Of a DNA stretch of 64,000 nucleotides, positions 19,726 to 28,798 are shown in pieces. Under the pieces are notes generated by a model. It did not search any database, was not told the origin of the DNA, and was given only the letters and a program-made list of their open reading frames with translations. Made by a program: the position numbers and the translations under genes. The first letter of the stretch is position 1, and each line of letters begins with the position of its first letter. The DNA is from Peptococcaceae bacterium (GTDB lineage: Bacteria > Bacillota > Peptococcia > DRI-13 > UBA5745): contig JAYFQF010000005.1 in NCBI GenBank assembly GCA_034927285.1, positions 40,229-104,228 of the forward strand. Direction: 5' to 3'.

Positions 19726-19873
19726 CTCTTTTTCGGTCTCCTTTTTCATTGCCGGATTATGCCCTCATCCTTGGGGCCTATCTTTTAGACGCAGGCCGGG
19801 GAGTTTTGTTCCCCCGCTCCGCAAATATTTCTCTCCGCTTACCAAAGGCTCCCGGCTGAAATAAGAGAGCAGA

Positions 19874-20812
19874 CTAAAACAGGGCCAGGTTTTTCAGGAT
19901 CACAATCCAAAAGAACATGGTAAAGATGGAGAAAATCGACGTATAGACCACCAACTGTCCCGCCAGGTCGCTGTCGCCGTCCATCTGCTGGGCCATGGCA
20001 AAGGAGGAGGTGGCCACCGGTGAAGCAAACAGCGGCAGCAGCGTAATGATAGCCAGATCCCGGAACCCCAGCAGGGCCGCCACGCTGAGCCACAGAGCCG
20101 GCACCACGATCAGGCGGCCGGTGACGCAAATCACCAGTTGCCGTAAAAAGCCCTTGGTGTCGGAAAAAGAGAAGCTCCCCCCCAATACCATCAATCCCAA
20201 AGGCGTAGCCACCTTGCTGATGGCGGAAGTGGCCGAGGCCAACGGTCCGGGCAGCGGCAGCTCCAGCACCAGAAGCAATAGACCGGCCAGGGCCCCCACA
20301 ATCAAAGGATTGGTCAGAATCTTCCTGCCGATCCGGCTGTAATCAATTTTTCCTTCCCGGAATAATTCCAGGGACAATACCGCCAAAAAATTAAACAGGG
20401 GCACAATCACCGCCACCACGGCCGCGGTATCCCCCAATTGCTCCCGGCCCCATAACGAAAGGGCTACCGGTATGCCGAATAAAACGAAATTACTGCGGAA
20501 CAGACACTGAACCATTACCCCCTGCTTCGGTTTTTCCTTTTCCAGAAGGGGCACCAAAAGCCAGGCCAAAAAAAAGGTGGCGATTACGGCGGCGGCGGCA
20601 AATCCTATCAGAGGAAAGTCCACGCCCTCACTTAAATTGATGTTCCGGACGTTTTCAAACAGCAGCATGGGCAAAAACAGCTGGAAGCATATGCCGTTCA
20701 TCTGCTTCACCGTGGTTTCATTCCACAGGCACAGCCGGCGCAGCAGGTAGCCCAGACACAGATAGACCAGCAGCGGAAACACTACGGTAAAAGCCAGCAC
20801 GAGATTTTCCAT
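19874..20812 (-). CDS. AEC (auxin efflux carrier) family permease
   Basis: 312 aa with about 10 TM helices. The N-terminus MENLVLAFTVVFPLLVYLCLGYLLRR and overall layout are typical of AEC/malate-permease-like proteins. Confidence 0.75.
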   Translation of the reverse strand: MENLVLAFTVVFPLLVYLCLGYLLRRLCLWNETTVKQMNGICFQLFLPMLLFENVRNINLSEGVDFPLIGFAAAAVIATFFLAWLLVPLLEKEKPKQGVMVQCLFRSNFVLFGIPVALSLWGREQLGDTAAVVAVIVPLFNFLAVLSLELFREGKIDYSRIGRKILTNPLIVGALAGLLLLVLELPLPGPLASATSAISKVATPLGLMVLGGSFSFSDTKGFLRQLVICVTGRLIVVPALWLSVAALLGFRDLAIITLLPLFASPVATSSFAMAQQMDGDSDLAGQLVVYTSIFSIFTMFFWIVILKNLALF

Positions 20813-20929
20813 GATGAATCATTCCTTCTTCCGGCAGCGAAAATCCAGATCAGAGGCCACCGGCTTTCCATTCTTATCTTAATCCGCCCGGTTTTAATCC
20901 GCCCGGGAGAAGCCGCCACAGGGCCGGCC

Positions 20930-21574
20930 TCAGCGGCAGTCGGCAATCCCCTTTTCCCAGACGACAAAATCCACGCTTTGATCATGGCTTCCGGCAGGCA
21001 GCTCCGGCCTGAGCAGCAGTTCCCGGCACAAAGCCGCGGTAATAAAAGGGGCGCCGCTTTCCCTGGCCGCCGCCAGATAACGGTCATAATACCCGCCGCC
21101 CCGGCCCAGGCGCCGGCCGGTGAAATCACAGCTTAAGCAAGGGAGAATCAACAGGCCCAGCTCCTCCGGCAGGGCCAGAGCGCATTCAGGAGAAGGTTCC
21201 AATAGCTTCAGCGGGCCGGCGGAGGGTTTCAGCTGAGCCAGAGAAGTCACCCACCGGGCCTCCATCCTGCCCTTCTCCCGGCAAAGAGGCAGGGCTATCC
21301 GCTTTCCCGCCCCCAGAGCCTGAAGAATCAAAGGCCGGGTATGGATTTCCCAGCCCAGTCCCACATATAGGAAAAGGGATTTCGCCCGGCGGTATTCCTG
21401 CCAGTCCGCCAGGCGGGACAGAATCCTTTTATCGGAATCCTCCCGGCCTCTGGCGTCCAGGCTTTTTGCCAGGTCCAAAAGCTGCCGGCGCAGCCGCTGC
21501 TTTTCCGCCGCCAGCTCCGGGGGCTTTATCTGTTCTTTTGGTTTTTTCTGCTCTTTTTTCTTTTCCGGCGTCAT
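20930..21574 (-). CDS. 5-formyltetrahydrofolate cyclo-ligase
   Basis: Trimmed to MTPEKKK at 21574 (GGGGGAGA RBS). The C-terminal GRRLGRGGGYYDRYL motif is present. Confidence 0.85.
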   Translation of the reverse strand: MTPEKKKEQKKPKEQIKPPELAAEKQRLRRQLLDLAKSLDARGREDSDKRILSRLADWQEYRRAKSLFLYVGLGWEIHTRPLILQALGAGKRIALPLCREKGRMEARWVTSLAQLKPSAGPLKLLEPSPECALALPEELGLLILPCLSCDFTGRRLGRGGGYYDRYLAAARESGAPFITAALCRELLLRPELPAGSHDQSVDFVVWEKGIADCR

Positions 21575-21649
21575 TTGTCTCCCCCTGATAAGCCAGCCAA
21601 TACGCGCCACCCAGGAACGGGCCGCCGCCGATGAGGTTTCCTGTGGCTT

Positions 21650-22273
21650 TTATTTAACGATCTGCCGGAGTACCTGCCGGCAGATTCCTTCAGCCAGTAC
21701 CCGGCTCTCCCCGGAAATTTTCAAGGCTTTTTCCTCCAGCTCCAAAGCCAAAGCCCGGTTTTTCATCAGGCCGGTATTGATATATACGTTCATTTCCCCA
21801 CAGGATACGGCGGCCTGCAAAAGCCTTGCGCCGCAGGCCACATCGCTGATGGCCAGCCGGCTGCCTTTTTCCGCCAGAACCTGCTGAAGTTCCAGTGCCT
21901 CCAGGGCCTTTTTCATAATCTCCAGAGGCACCGCCGCCGCCTGGGCCAGGGCCTCCTCCATGACTTTTTCCCGCTCCGCCAGTTCCTCCGGCGTATCCTT
22001 AGGCAGGCCGTAGGCCCGGGCCAGGGGAGCGAAGGCCTCGGCATCGGCGGCGATTAAATCCTTCAGTTCCCGGCGTAAGGCTTCGGTTTTCTTCAAAACC
22101 TCCCGCAACGTTTCCTCATGCTGGGCGTACTTTTTTTTGCCCAGGGTCAGATTGATCACCATGCTGCCCAGGGCGGCTCCCAGAGCGCCGGCCAAAGCCG
22201 CCGCTCCGCCGCCGCCGGGAGTGGCCTTGGAGGAAGCCAGATCCTCCAGAAATAAATCCAGGGTTTCCGTCAT
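21650..22273 (-). CDS. fchA: cyclodeaminase/cyclohydrolase family protein (methenyl-THF cyclohydrolase FchA-like)
   Basis: SSKATPGGGGAAALAGALGAALGSMV is the signature of the FTCD_C family. It lies between fhs and the MTHFS gene. Confidence 0.8.
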   Translation of the reverse strand: MTETLDLFLEDLASSKATPGGGGAAALAGALGAALGSMVINLTLGKKKYAQHEETLREVLKKTEALRRELKDLIAADAEAFAPLARAYGLPKDTPEELAEREKVMEEALAQAAAVPLEIMKKALEALELQQVLAEKGSRLAISDVACGARLLQAAVSCGEMNVYINTGLMKNRALALELEEKALKISGESRVLAEGICRQVLRQIVK

Positions 22274-22284
22274 AGGCCCTCCTC

Positions 22285-23958
22285 TTAAAATAAGCCGGAG
22301 ATCCGGCCCTGATTATCCACGTCGATCTTTTCCGCCGCGGGAACTTTAGGCAGGCCCGGCATGGTCATGATTTCTCCGGTCAAGGCTACCACAAAGCCGG
22401 CGCCGGCAGATACCCGCAAGGACCGCACGCTGATACGGAAGCCTTTGGGACGGCCCAGGAGAGTCGGATCATCCGACAAAGAATATTGAGTCTTGGCCAT
22501 ACAGACCGGATAAGCGCCATAGCCGAGGCTTTCCAAACGGTCCAGTTCCTTGAGAGCGGCGGCGCTGAAATCCACCCCGCCGGCGCCGTAAACCTTTTCC
22601 GCGATTTTTGTGATCTTTGTCCGCAGATTGTCGGCATCGTCATAGATAAAATGAAAGTCCTTTTTGCCCTCCCCGATAAGGCGCAGCACCTCCCGGGCCA
22701 GGGTTTCGCCGCCCCGGCCGCCCTGGGCCCAGACCTGGGACAGGGCCACGTTGACCCCCAGTTCCCGGCAGCGTGCTTCCACCAGGGCCAGTTCCTCAGG
22801 ATCGTCGCCGGGGAAGCGGTTCAGGGCCACCACCGCCGGCAGGCCGAAATGCCCGGTGATATTTTCAATATGTTTTAATAAATTCGGCAGCCCTTTTTCC
22901 AGGGCATCCAGATTTTTCTCCGCCAATTGGGTCTTAGGCAGGCCGCCGTGCATCTTCAGAGCCCGCACCGTAGCCACGATCACTACGGCGTCAGGGGTAA
23001 AGCCCGCTTTGCGGCATTTGATATCCATAAACTTTTCAGCCCCCAGGTCGGCGCCGAAGCCGGCTTCCGTCACCACGTAGTCTGCCAGGGAAAGGGCCAG
23101 CCTTGTGGCCATGATGCTGTTGCAGCCATGGGCGATATTGGCAAAGGGGCCGCCGTGAACGATGGCGGGAGTGTGCTCCAGAGTCTGGACCAAATTAGGC
23201 TTGAGGGCGTCCTTTAAAAGCGCCGCCATGGCCCCTTGCGCTTTCAGCTCCCCGGCGGTCACCGGCCGGTCCTGCCGGGTATAACCGACGATAACAGAGG
23301 CCAGTTTCGCCTTCAGATCGTCGATATCTTCAGAAAGGCAAAGAATCGCCATGATTTCCGAAGCCACAGTGATATCGTAGCCGTCCTCCCGGGGCATGCC
23401 GCCGGCTTTGCCCCCCAGGCCGCAGACGATATGGCGCAGCTGGCGGTCGTTCATATCCACGCAGCGCTTCCAGGTGATGCGCCGGGGATCCAGATCCAGC
23501 TGGTTCCCCTGGAAAATATGGTTGTCGATGAGAGCAGCCAAAAGGTTATTTGCCGCGCCGATAGCATGAAAATCACCGGTGAAGTGCAGGTTGATGTCTT
23601 CCATAGGCACTACCTGGGCATAGCCGCCGCCGGCCGCTCCCCCTTTAATGCCGAAAACCGGCCCCAGGGAAGGTTCCCGTAAAGCGATAGCGGCTTTTTT
23701 CCCCAACCGGCTTAAGGCGTCCCCCAGCCCTACGGTGGTGGTGGTCTTCCCTTCGCCGGCGGGGGTGGGGGTAATGGCCGTCACCAGCACCAGCTTGCCC
23801 TGCTTTTCTGCGGTCGGCAAACGGGTATAGTCGATCTTTGCCTTACCTTTTCCATAGAGCTCCAGTACGTCGCGCTCCAGGCCCAGCTTTTCCGCTACCT
23901 TCTCTATGGGCCAAAGGGGTGTTTCCTGGGCAATCTGAATGTCGCTTTTGCAGGTCAT
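22285..23958 (-). CDS. fhs: formate--tetrahydrofolate ligase
   Basis: 557 aa. [24 protein letters not shown] and the C-terminal PGLPKVPAA are present. Confidence 0.95.
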   Translation of the reverse strand: MTCKSDIQIAQETPLWPIEKVAEKLGLERDVLELYGKGKAKIDYTRLPTAEKQGKLVLVTAITPTPAGEGKTTTTVGLGDALSRLGKKAAIALREPSLGPVFGIKGGAAGGGYAQVVPMEDINLHFTGDFHAIGAANNLLAALIDNHIFQGNQLDLDPRRITWKRCVDMNDRQLRHIVCGLGGKAGGMPREDGYDITVASEIMAILCLSEDIDDLKAKLASVIVGYTRQDRPVTAGELKAQGAMAALLKDALKPNLVQTLEHTPAIVHGGPFANIAHGCNSIMATRLALSLADYVVTEAGFGADLGAEKFMDIKCRKAGFTPDAVVIVATVRALKMHGGLPKTQLAEKNLDALEKGLPNLLKHIENITGHFGLPAVVALNRFPGDDPEELALVEARCRELGVNVALSQVWAQGGRGGETLAREVLRLIGEGKKDFHFIYDDADNLRTKITKIAEKVYGAGGVDFSAAALKELDRLESLGYGAYPVCMAKTQYSLSDDPTLLGRPKGFRISVRSLRVSAGAGFVVALTGEIMTMPGLPKVPAAEKIDVDNQGRISGLF

Positions 23959-24080
23959 GTTAAGCCTCCCCGTTCTTTTATCGGCTTCCGGCCGCAGGTT
24001 ACTGCCGAGCCTTTCATCTCAATATTTAGATCATATCATATTTGGGCCGAAAGCCAAAGGGCCCAAGGGATGTATACGCA

Positions 24081-24314
24081 TCAATCCGCCAGCCCGGCAG
24101 GCTGATCTTTCTTCACCGCCGGCGGGACAAGTGACCTTGGCATCTGCCGTGGCCCGGCTCTTCGATGGCTGTTGAAAATAATGTATTTGCTGAAATCCTT
24201 TAAATACAAAAACAGGGCCGCCTCCTGGACAGTGAGGAGGCCGGCATTGGCCTTATGGATGAGACTTAATGTGTTGTGTTGTTCCAAGGTTAGTTTAATC
24301 ACTCCTGTTTTCAT
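24081..24314 (-). pseudogene. possible remnant of a transposase N-terminal HTH (IS481/ISNCY-like)
   Basis: The first ~38 aa, KLTLEQHNTLSLIHKANAGLLTVQEAALFL, follow the 'G-x-LT-x-x-EAA' HTH pattern of integrase-type transposase N-termini. The remainder is Arg/Pro-rich nonsense. The region is low in GC and is flanked by a CAGGG(GG)TGACATT direct repeat at 24331-24372. Confidence 0.3.
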
Positions 24315-24406
24315 CCGATTAGTTTACCCACAGGGGGTGACATTTTCTCTGGTTACTCTACAGGGTGACATTATCACAGATTAACCACAAAAGATTTTCC
24401 CGGTCC

Positions 24407-24470
24407 TTGACAAAAAACCGTATCAGTTATATGATACGGTTACACCGTACTATCTTAGTAATACGGTTTT
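24407..24470 (+). promoter_or_regulatory. promoter and palindromic operator of YtrA-type module 1
   Basis: TTGACA (24407-24412), 17 nt, then TATGAT (24430-24435). It is overlapped by the perfect inverted repeat CCGTATCA-gttata-TGATACGG (24418-24439), and a second ACCGTA-N12-TACGGT follows. Confidence 0.65.
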
Positions 24471-24497
24471 GATGCTGAAAGGTTGCAGGTAAGCCCC

Positions 24498-24878
24498 ATG
24501 ATTTCTTTTGAGCACTTTATCCTGGAGGACGGCAGTCCCATTTATGCACAAATCATACGGCATATTAAGCGGGGCATTACCGCGGGAACGATCAAAAACC
24601 AGGATGAAATGCCCTCGAGAAGAGTACTGTCCGCCCTGCTGGGGGTGAACCCGAATACCGTCCAAAAAGCCTACCGCCTGCTGGAGGAGGAAAAGATCAT
24701 CGAATCCCGTTCCGGCGCCAAAAGCTATGTGACGGTAAACTCGGACCAGGTGGAGAAAATCCGCTCTCAGCTGCTGGAAAGCGATACCAGGACATGGATC
24801 GAAGCCATGAAACAAATGGGGCTTTCCCGGGAGGGGGCCCTCAGGCTGGCGGAAAAGATCTGGGGGACGCCGGATTGA
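24498..24878 (+). CDS. GntR family (YtrA subfamily) transcriptional regulator
   Basis: PIYAQIIRHIKRGITAGTIKNQDEMPSRRVLSALLGVNPNTVQKAYRLLEEEKIIESRSGAKSYV is a winged-helix GntR domain. The short C-terminus is typical of YtrA. Confidence 0.88.
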   Translation: MISFEHFILEDGSPIYAQIIRHIKRGITAGTIKNQDEMPSRRVLSALLGVNPNTVQKAYRLLEEEKIIESRSGAKSYVTVNSDQVEKIRSQLLESDTRTWIEAMKQMGLSREGALRLAEKIWGTPD

Positions 24879-24892
24879 ATAAGGAGTTTTTG

Positions 24893-25621
24893 ATGAAGCG
24901 ATATTTTTCCGTATTGATGATCGCCGCCAGAAGCACGATCTATAAAATAACCGGCCTCCTTTTGCTGATGGGGGCGGCGGAAGCCGCCTTGTTTTACCGC
25001 CTGCTGCAAAAGAGTGCCGCCGAGGGCCCTGCGCCGCTGGAATCGTTGATTACCCGAAGCCGGCTTTCCCTGATCTGCGGCCTCGCCTTTTTCCTGCTGT
25101 GCGTAATTCTCAGCCTGGTGGGATATGAGTTTTCCGGCAGCAAGACGCGGTATACCATCCAACGGCTTTCCCTCCCGGAGGAAGCGGCCGTTCTTTTATG
25201 GGCCTTTTACAATATGCTTTGCTTTTTAATTTTCTGGGCCGCACAGCTGCTGGTGGTTCTGCTGCTGTGCCGCTTATACATTTCCGTCATGGAGCCGACC
25301 TATTGGAACCGGCAGACGATTTTTCTGGCCTTTTACCGCAGCGGCTTCCTGCACAGCCTGCTTCCCCTGGAAGAAACCAGCCGCTGGCTCCGGAACGGGG
25401 CGTTGATCCTCGGGCTGGGCCTTGCCGGGGCCTGCTTCCCGCTGAAGCAAAGGCGGGGCCAAAAGGGCCTTGCCATGGCGGTATTGGCTGCGTTGACCTT
25501 TATCACCTTTCCCCAGGAAATGGGCAGTTTCGGTTCGGATGCAATCATCATGCTGATCGCCCTGGGGACGGCGGCATATTCATTTTATGGAATTTGGTGG
25601 GGGCCAAGGGATGAGAGCTGA
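24893..25621 (+). CDS. hypothetical polytopic membrane protein (module 1)
   Basis: ATG at 24893 after AAGGAG. About 6 hydrophobic segments. I recognise no family. Confidence 0.6.
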   Translation: MKRYFSVLMIAARSTIYKITGLLLLMGAAEAALFYRLLQKSAAEGPAPLESLITRSRLSLICGLAFFLLCVILSLVGYEFSGSKTRYTIQRLSLPEEAAVLLWAFYNMLCFLIFWAAQLLVVLLLCRLYISVMEPTYWNRQTIFLAFYRSGFLHSLLPLEETSRWLRNGALILGLGLAGACFPLKQRRGQKGLAMAVLAALTFITFPQEMGSFGSDAIIMLIALGTAAYSFYGIWWGPRDES

Positions 25622-26117
25622 CATAGAAAAATATTTCCCCGCGGGAATTGACCGCCGGCAGGAAATCAAATGGATCGTCATCGGTCTTTCGGCAAGCTTT
25701 ATTTACAGCCTGGAGTTTTTTATCTTCCTGTCAAACCGTTACTATTCCCTGTTTACCATGCGGGGAAAAAAGCTGGTGCTGACCGAGGGTGCCGTCATGC
25801 CGGACTTCGTGGAAGTCCTGGGATCAAGCCTCACGGGCTTTTGGCTCGTGGCCCTTTGTATGGTTGCGCTTTTTGCCTATCACTACGTTTATCATTACCA
25901 GGGCAGTAAAAGTATCTACCTGATGAAGCGGCTGCCAAACCGCTGGGAGCTTTGGCGGCGCTGCGTTGCCCTGCCGGCGCTTTCCGCGGCGGCGGCCCTT
26001 TGCCTGGCCGGCCTTTTGCTGCTGATTTATCTCGGGATATATCTCCTGGTTACCCCAAAAACCTGTCTGGCTCCCGGTCAATGGCAAAAAATCTGGAATA
26101 CTTATTTAGGAGTATAG
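25611..26117 (+). CDS. hypothetical membrane protein (module 1)
   Basis: MRADIEKYF start overlaps the upstream stop. About 4 TM segments. I recognise no family. Confidence 0.55.
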   Translation: MRADIEKYFPAGIDRRQEIKWIVIGLSASFIYSLEFFIFLSNRYYSLFTMRGKKLVLTEGAVMPDFVEVLGSSLTGFWLVALCMVALFAYHYVYHYQGSKSIYLMKRLPNRWELWRRCVALPALSAAAALCLAGLLLLIYLGIYLLVTPKTCLAPGQWQKIWNTYLGV

Positions 26118-26119
26118 CT

Positions 26120-26866
26120 ATGCTGGAAATTCACATCACAAGCAAATACTACGTCGGTAAATCCCACATTGGGAAACAAGCCCTGCGGTCCGTTGACCTG
26201 AGCCTGCCGCCGGGAGAGATCGTCGGTCTCTTTGGGGAAAACGGCGCCGGCAAAACCACCCTGATGAAATGCGTTTTGGGCTACCTGCGTTATCAGGGGA
26301 ATATTACCCTGGACGGGGCGCCTATCACCAGAAAAAACATTGCCCGCCTTTCCTTTGCCACTTGCGAGCACTCCTTTTTTCCCAATCTGACGGCCAAGGC
26401 CCATCAGGAATTTTACCAGCTGCACTTTCCCGCCTTCCGCCAAAAACGGTTCCAGGGGCTGATGGAATTTTTTCAGCTGCCCTTATCTCAGCCCCTGCGC
26501 CGCCTTTCCACAGGACAAAAAAATCAGTTCGAGGTCATTTTGGCCCTTTGTCAGGGGGCGGATTATATCCTGATGGACGAACCCTTTGCCGGCAACGACG
26601 TCTTCAACAGAGAAGACTTTTATAAGGTGCTGCTGGGCATTTTAGAGCCTGCGGAGACCCTTTTGCTGTCCACCCACCTGCTGGAGGAGGTGGAAAACTT
26701 CATCGGCCGGGCCATCCTGATCCACCGGGGGGAGATCGCCGGCGACATTTCCATGCAGGAGCTGGAGGAAACCGGAAACACGCTGATGAACTATGTGAAA
26801 GAAACCTATGGGTACAAGTCCGACCGGGTCAGCAAGGCCCTGTCCGACCTGACAGCCAAAGACTAA
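26120..26866 (+). CDS. ABC transporter ATP-binding protein (module 1)
   Basis: Trimmed to MLEIHITSKYY at 26120. Contains Walker A GENGAGKTT, signature LSTGQKNQ and Walker B ILMDEP. Confidence 0.88.
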   Translation: MLEIHITSKYYVGKSHIGKQALRSVDLSLPPGEIVGLFGENGAGKTTLMKCVLGYLRYQGNITLDGAPITRKNIARLSFATCEHSFFPNLTAKAHQEFYQLHFPAFRQKRFQGLMEFFQLPLSQPLRRLSTGQKNQFEVILALCQGADYILMDEPFAGNDVFNREDFYKVLLGILEPAETLLLSTHLLEEVENFIGRAILIHRGEIAGDISMQELEETGNTLMNYVKETYGYKSDRVSKALSDLTAKD

Positions 26867-26880
26867 GGAAAGGGCCGGTT

Positions 26881-28251
26881 ATGCGAAAGAGCTTGGGATT
26901 CACGTTTTTTCTGTTTCTTCTATCGACGGCTATCCTCTGCGGCTCATCCGGCTGGGTAAACCAGGCCAAGGATGACGTGGTGATCGAGGAAAGCGTAGTA
27001 TACGGCGATAAATCCGCCGCCGAAGGGATCGCCGTCACCAACAGAACCACCTGCGATTATCATCTGTTCTGGAATACCGTCTACCGGGTGGGCGGCGACC
27101 TGTCCGTAAGTACAACGTTCACCTTCTCCCAGGCCCGGTTGGAGGAACGGAACAGAGCCGACCAGCCGGCCCTGTCTCTTTATTCCAATACGGATTTTGG
27201 CATAAGCGGAAATAATCTGGATCTGGAGGCGGAGCACTATTCCCCGGAAACGGCCATGAAGCCGGTCATCGCCGTGGCGGAACGCACCCCTGCCGGAGGA
27301 ACCCGGGAGGAAACGGTTTTCCTCCGGGATTATTACGAATTTTATCCCCTAACCCTGGATATGGATATTCAGGACACCCGTCTGGCGATGAATCAGGAAA
27401 TCCGGCTGGCTTTTGCGGACTATCTCCGGATACCCGTTGACCCCGGGCACCAGGTCAAGATATCGGTAACCAAGGACGATGATGGGAATATCATCGAGGT
27501 GAACAGCAGTACCGTATCCGGGTGGGCAGAGCTTTCCGCCGCAAGCGCAGCCACGGATTCCGGCTGCTACTTCGCGCTTTCCGCCGTCAATGACCAGGGC
27601 GTTGCCATCCCTTTGCCGGCGGAACTTTCCGGCATTCATTACCTTCCCTTTGAAAAGAAGGGGGAATTTCTCCTCCCTGCTGTAGACCAAATGAGGCTGG
27701 TCTATCCCCTGGATCAAAGGACCCGGGTCCTTCACCTGGGCCAAAGCGCCGGCAGCCGGCTGCTGCTGCTCACCAGGAAAGATCACGCCGCCACACTCTC
27801 CGTGATCGATCAGGAGAGAAGGCAGCTTTTGCAAAAAATCCCTCTGCTGAAGGGGCGGGAAGAGGTGATCGTCCGGGAGATCCAGCAGAAGGATTCTTAC
27901 CTGCTGCCGATTTTTTCCGACGGCAGCTTTTCCCTGCTTACCGACGAGCCCGAGTCCGGCTACAAAATTCAGCTGAGCGGCAACCTCTTTGCCGGGGAAG
28001 GGCTGGACCCGGATCTGCCTTACTATGATCTGACGGCGGACTATGACGGCCGGCGCCTGGCTGTGGCGTTTTATCAATATCATCGCCAATGGGATGATTC
28101 TCTTTGCGGAACCTATCTGCTGGTCTATGGCCGGGAGGGCCTGATCTACGCGGGGCAATACGACCACAGCGCCGACCGGACCCTGACCCCGGGTTATCGG
28201 GAAAGGGTCCGGCTCCTGGACCAAGGGCCCGTAACCGTAAGCTTCAACTGA
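26881..28251 (+). CDS. hypothetical exported or membrane-anchored 456-aa protein (module 1)
   Basis: N-terminal signal/anchor MRKSLGFTFFLFLLSTAILCGSSG. I recognise no domains. It is translationally close to the ABC ATPase. Confidence 0.6.
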   Translation: MRKSLGFTFFLFLLSTAILCGSSGWVNQAKDDVVIEESVVYGDKSAAEGIAVTNRTTCDYHLFWNTVYRVGGDLSVSTTFTFSQARLEERNRADQPALSLYSNTDFGISGNNLDLEAEHYSPETAMKPVIAVAERTPAGGTREETVFLRDYYEFYPLTLDMDIQDTRLAMNQEIRLAFADYLRIPVDPGHQVKISVTKDDDGNIIEVNSSTVSGWAELSAASAATDSGCYFALSAVNDQGVAIPLPAELSGIHYLPFEKKGEFLLPAVDQMRLVYPLDQRTRVLHLGQSAGSRLLLLTRKDHAATLSVIDQERRQLLQKIPLLKGREEVIVREIQQKDSYLLPIFSDGSFSLLTDEPESGYKIQLSGNLFAGEGLDPDLPYYDLTADYDGRRLAVAFYQYHRQWDDSLCGTYLLVYGREGLIYAGQYDHSADRTLTPGYRERVRLLDQGPVTVSFN

Positions 28252-28267
28252 TGATGGCTTAAACATA

Positions 28268-28325
28268 AATCCGAACCCTTCTTCGACAGGCTTTTCCTGT
28301 GTTGAACGGTTCGGATTATATTTTG
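28268..28325 (+). terminator. rho-independent terminator of module 1
   Basis: AATCCGAACC ... GGTTCGGATT followed by ATATTTT. Confidence 0.7.
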
Positions 28326-28354
28326 ACGGCCTTTTGTCCTTACCTTCTGTTCTC

Positions 28355-28525
28355 CTAAGGGGCTACATTGCGTAAAAAGGTCTCCAGCGGCGTATCAAGA
28401 ACAAACAGCCCCTCATCATTGATATTATACGCTCCTGTGGAGGTATCGAAGAGGTAAATCGTGCCGCCCATTTTAATTCGCAGATCATAATTGGCTTCCG
28501 GAGCGGGCTCCGCCGGCGTCGACAT
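28355..28525 (-). CDS. hypothetical small protein (56 aa)
   Basis: ATG at 28525 follows AGAGG, with a TATGATAAT -10-like box upstream. The region is low in GC and I recognise no similarity. Confidence 0.35.
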   Translation of the reverse strand: MSTPAEPAPEANYDLRIKMGGTIYLFDTSTGAYNINDEGLFVLDTPLETFLRNVAP

Positions 28526-28719
28526 GGCGCCTCTGTCAAAATAATACTTGATCACTGCGGATTGGGTTAGTATTATCATACGCTCTAAGTAACGCCTTAT
28601 CAATAATAATCTCAGCGTCCTGTATTTTATTTAGCACAGGTTCACATCGCAAATTCAATCGTTAGTCCGGAAATGGTCAGTGGCCTCATCACGGATTCAT
28701 ATCATGATTAAAACCAAGG

Positions 28720-28759
28720 CCCCTGAAAAGACGAACAAAAAGGTTCGTCTTTTCAGGGG
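28720..28759. terminator. perfect 17-bp hairpin downstream of cbiO
   Basis: CCCCTGAAAAGACGAAC-aaaaag-GTTCGTCTTTTCAGGGG. Confidence 0.75.
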
Positions 28760-28798
28760 CCTTTAAGTATCCCTATGTCAAGGATCGTCTTCTTCCCA

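Noticed and set aside
21650-23958. fhs-fchA-MTHFS as evidence of a Wood-Ljungdahl (acetogenesis) cluster.
   Set aside because: No folD, metF, acs or cooS genes are present in the window. These three genes are also common in non-acetogenic anaerobes for C1 and purine metabolism.
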